A stretch of DNA of 18,530 bases, the filler included, from an uncultured virus (IMG/VR IMGVR_UViG_2061766007_000706) (lineage: Duplodnaviria; Heunggongvirae; Uroviricota; Caudoviricetes). It is 2 parts of one record of this genome, joined end to end, with 100 filler letters (N's around TTAATTAATTAA, not from the genome) between each part and the next. Parts side by side here need not be neighbours in the genome. Positions count along the whole stretch, not along the records: positions 8,843 to 18,530 come from IMGVR_UViG_2061766007_000706; 1 more part is not named here. One strand, given 5' to 3'. The translations under genes were made by a program, and so were the position numbers. Positions 17,007 to 18,530 of the stretch are shown here, in pieces. Each line of letters starts with the position of its first letter. Position 1 is the first letter of the stretch. Under the pieces are notes generated by a model. That model had not been told where the DNA came from, searched no databases, and saw only the letters and a program-made list of their open reading frames with translations.

Positions 17007-18195
17007 CGCCGGTCACATCCTTGAAATCGGATTCTGCAGAATTCCATTCATTCCGGGGATCGTCCTTATCAACCAGCGTTGGTTTGCCTTTCGGCTTGAT
17101 GATCCACTTGCCAAACTTCTCCGTAAATACAGATTTCGTGACAAGCTTTTCAAACGCGGTAAGGGTAAGCGGTTTCTGCTCGTAAAGCATTTCACGCTTC
17201 CATCCGGCTTTGATAAGGTCATCTATCAAACCGTCAACATCTTTGATCTTCCGATCACTCTTACCCTCAACCAGCTTGAATCCGGGGAACTTTTCACCGT
17301 TCAACGCGGCTTTCAGCGTATATTCCTTCAGATCGTTGTACCACGCAACTAAACCTTCACCGCGTTTCAGCAGATCCGCGATTTCTTCATTCGTTAGAAT
17401 CTTGTTCGGATCTGTATCTTCCGTTGCCTTGTCCGGGGTAACATAATCTTTGAAATCTTCAAAGGCTGTGTTCTGCTTCGCACGGGCAGGACATTGATAC
17501 TTTCCACGGCAAAACCGGCAATGTTCACCGGGGCAGAAGGTTCCGTTTCCGTCAAAGGCTTCCTTTGCTTTCACCTTCACCATATCGCCCCAATTAAGCA
17601 ATTCGGATACGGGCAAACTATCTTCCTTGACATTTTCGGTGATTCGGGGTTGAACGATTGCCATTGATACGTTTTTAATCGCATCACCGTAAATTGGCAG
17701 GAACAGCTTCAAAGCACCGAGGGCATACAAGCGCATCTGCGGATTTCCCTTTGCTTCAACCGGAACGCCGACACCGTGTTTATAGTCTGTGATATGCAAC
17801 GTGTCATCACCGATCATGATGCAGTCACAGGAACCAAATCCCTCCGGTATCCAGTCGGTCAGTTCAANNNNNNNNNNNNTCGGCTTATCCTTGTACCCGT
17901 TTGCCTTTTCCATAAGGTAGTGAACATAGGCTTGTGCGGTTTCAAGCATTTCCGGTTCATACATTGGATCAGCTGTGAACTTTTCCATGTACCTGTTGTA
18001 CCGTTCATCAGACATTCCATCGAACGTGCGCCGTGCAAACAGTTCACAGAATTCATGCGCCAATCTTCCGGCGGCGGTATATTTCGTATCGCCGGAATCC
18101 GGGAACTGTTCTTCAAACCGGGGAGCCGCCGTACACTCAAGCCATCTGTGAGAACTGGACGGACTTAACAGGGAATGGGCTGTCGGGCTTGGCAT
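16996..18195 (-). CDS. DUF2800 family Cas4-like PD-(D/E)XK nuclease
   Basis: HSLLSPSSSHRWLEC, FGSCDC, ITDYKHG, QMRLYALGA, PGEHCRFC...C. Confidence 0.93.
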   Translation of the reverse strand: MPSPTAHSLLSPSSSHRWLECTAAPRFEEQFPDSGDTKYTAAGRLAHEFCELFARRTFDGMSDERYNRYMEKFTADPMYEPEMLETAQAYVHYLMEKANGYKDKPXXXXXELTDWIPEGFGSCDCIMIGDDTLHITDYKHGVGVPVEAKGNPQMRLYALGALKLFLPIYGDAIKNVSMAIVQPRITENVKEDSLPVSELLNWGDMVKVKAKEAFDGNGTFCPGEHCRFCRGKYQCPARAKQNTAFEDFKDYVTPDKATEDTDPNKILTNEEIADLLKRGEGLVAWYNDLKEYTLKAALNGEKFPGFKLVEGKSDRKIKDVDGLIDDLIKAGWKREMLYEQKPLTLTAFEKLVTKSVFTEKFGKWIIKPKGKPTLVDKDDPRNEWNSAESDFKDVTGDGG

Positions 18196-18198
18196 CGG

Positions 18199-18530
18199 TC
18201 ATTCCTCCTCGATAGTCGCGCCGAGGGCTTTCAGATCTTCTGCCAGTTCCGCATACCGTTCTTCCTTAATCATCGTGATAGCCGGAACGCCGTATTTCGT
18301 ATTCAGCAACGTAACAAGCTTATCCATGTTACCGACATTGGCGCACAGCTTTNNNNNNNNNNAGAAATTTCGGGGACAGGCGCAACCGGCACAACGGGCG
18401 CGGGGGTTTCCGGCACAACAGGCGCAACTGGCACGGGAATTTCCGGTTCATCCGGGGGAATTTCTGCGATAAAAGACGGTTCCGGTTCTGTGTTTTCAAC
18501 TGGGGTAAACTTCGATTCTGTATTCACCGG
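18199..18530 (-). CDS. Conserved Pro-rich phage protein preceding DUF2800 (5' truncated)
   Basis: Pro/Val/Ala linker, then after the gap ...LLNTKYGVPAITMIKEERYAELAEDLKALGATIEEE-stop. Confidence 0.75.

Noticed and set aside
9078..17352. Long plus-strand ORFs such as 9078..9800, 12435..13103 and 16954..17352
   Set aside because: Antisense shadows of well-supported minus-strand genes, with no RBS or motifs.
16996..18195. Cas4-like gene as part of a CRISPR system
   Set aside because: DUF2800 in the standard DUF2800-DUF2815-PolA phage module; no repeat-spacer array or other cas genes seen.
18375..18440. Imperfect repeats CAGGCGCAAC(C/T)GGCAC
   Set aside because: Explained by a low-complexity Pro/Val/Ala linker (VPVAPV).
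1..18530. Stop-codon recoding
   Set aside because: Conserved genes read through with code 11, and TGA, TAA and TAG all occur at coupled gene ends.

Overview
Replication and accessory module of a Firmicutes-type (probably temperate) tailed phage or prophage; nearly all genes are on the minus strand. From the right end: DUF2800 Cas4-like nuclease, DUF2815 ssDNA-binding protein, family A DNA polymerase, ThyX, then many small accessory genes. These include three methyltransferases, a PD-(D/E)XK nuclease, DUF6378, DUF4406, a shortened beta-clamp homologue, NrdR-like and Lar-like zinc ribbons, and a DUF6273-like protein that resembles a diversity-generating retroelement (DGR) target and has a perfect GC hairpin at its 3' end. 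The centre (5.4-8.7 kb) holds separately promoted and terminated units with consensus sigma70 promoters and operator-like palindromes. Main leads: (i) the only G/C homopolymers of 8 nt or more that I saw lie one in each methyltransferase locus, and one (C9) puts the gene out of frame, suggesting phase-variable phage methylation; (ii) an orphan DGR target. Caveats: many N gaps cause apparent frameshifts, and an artificial N44-TTAATTAATTAA-N44 linker at 8743-8842 shows the two halves are concatenated contigs. Family names come from motif recognition, not database searches.
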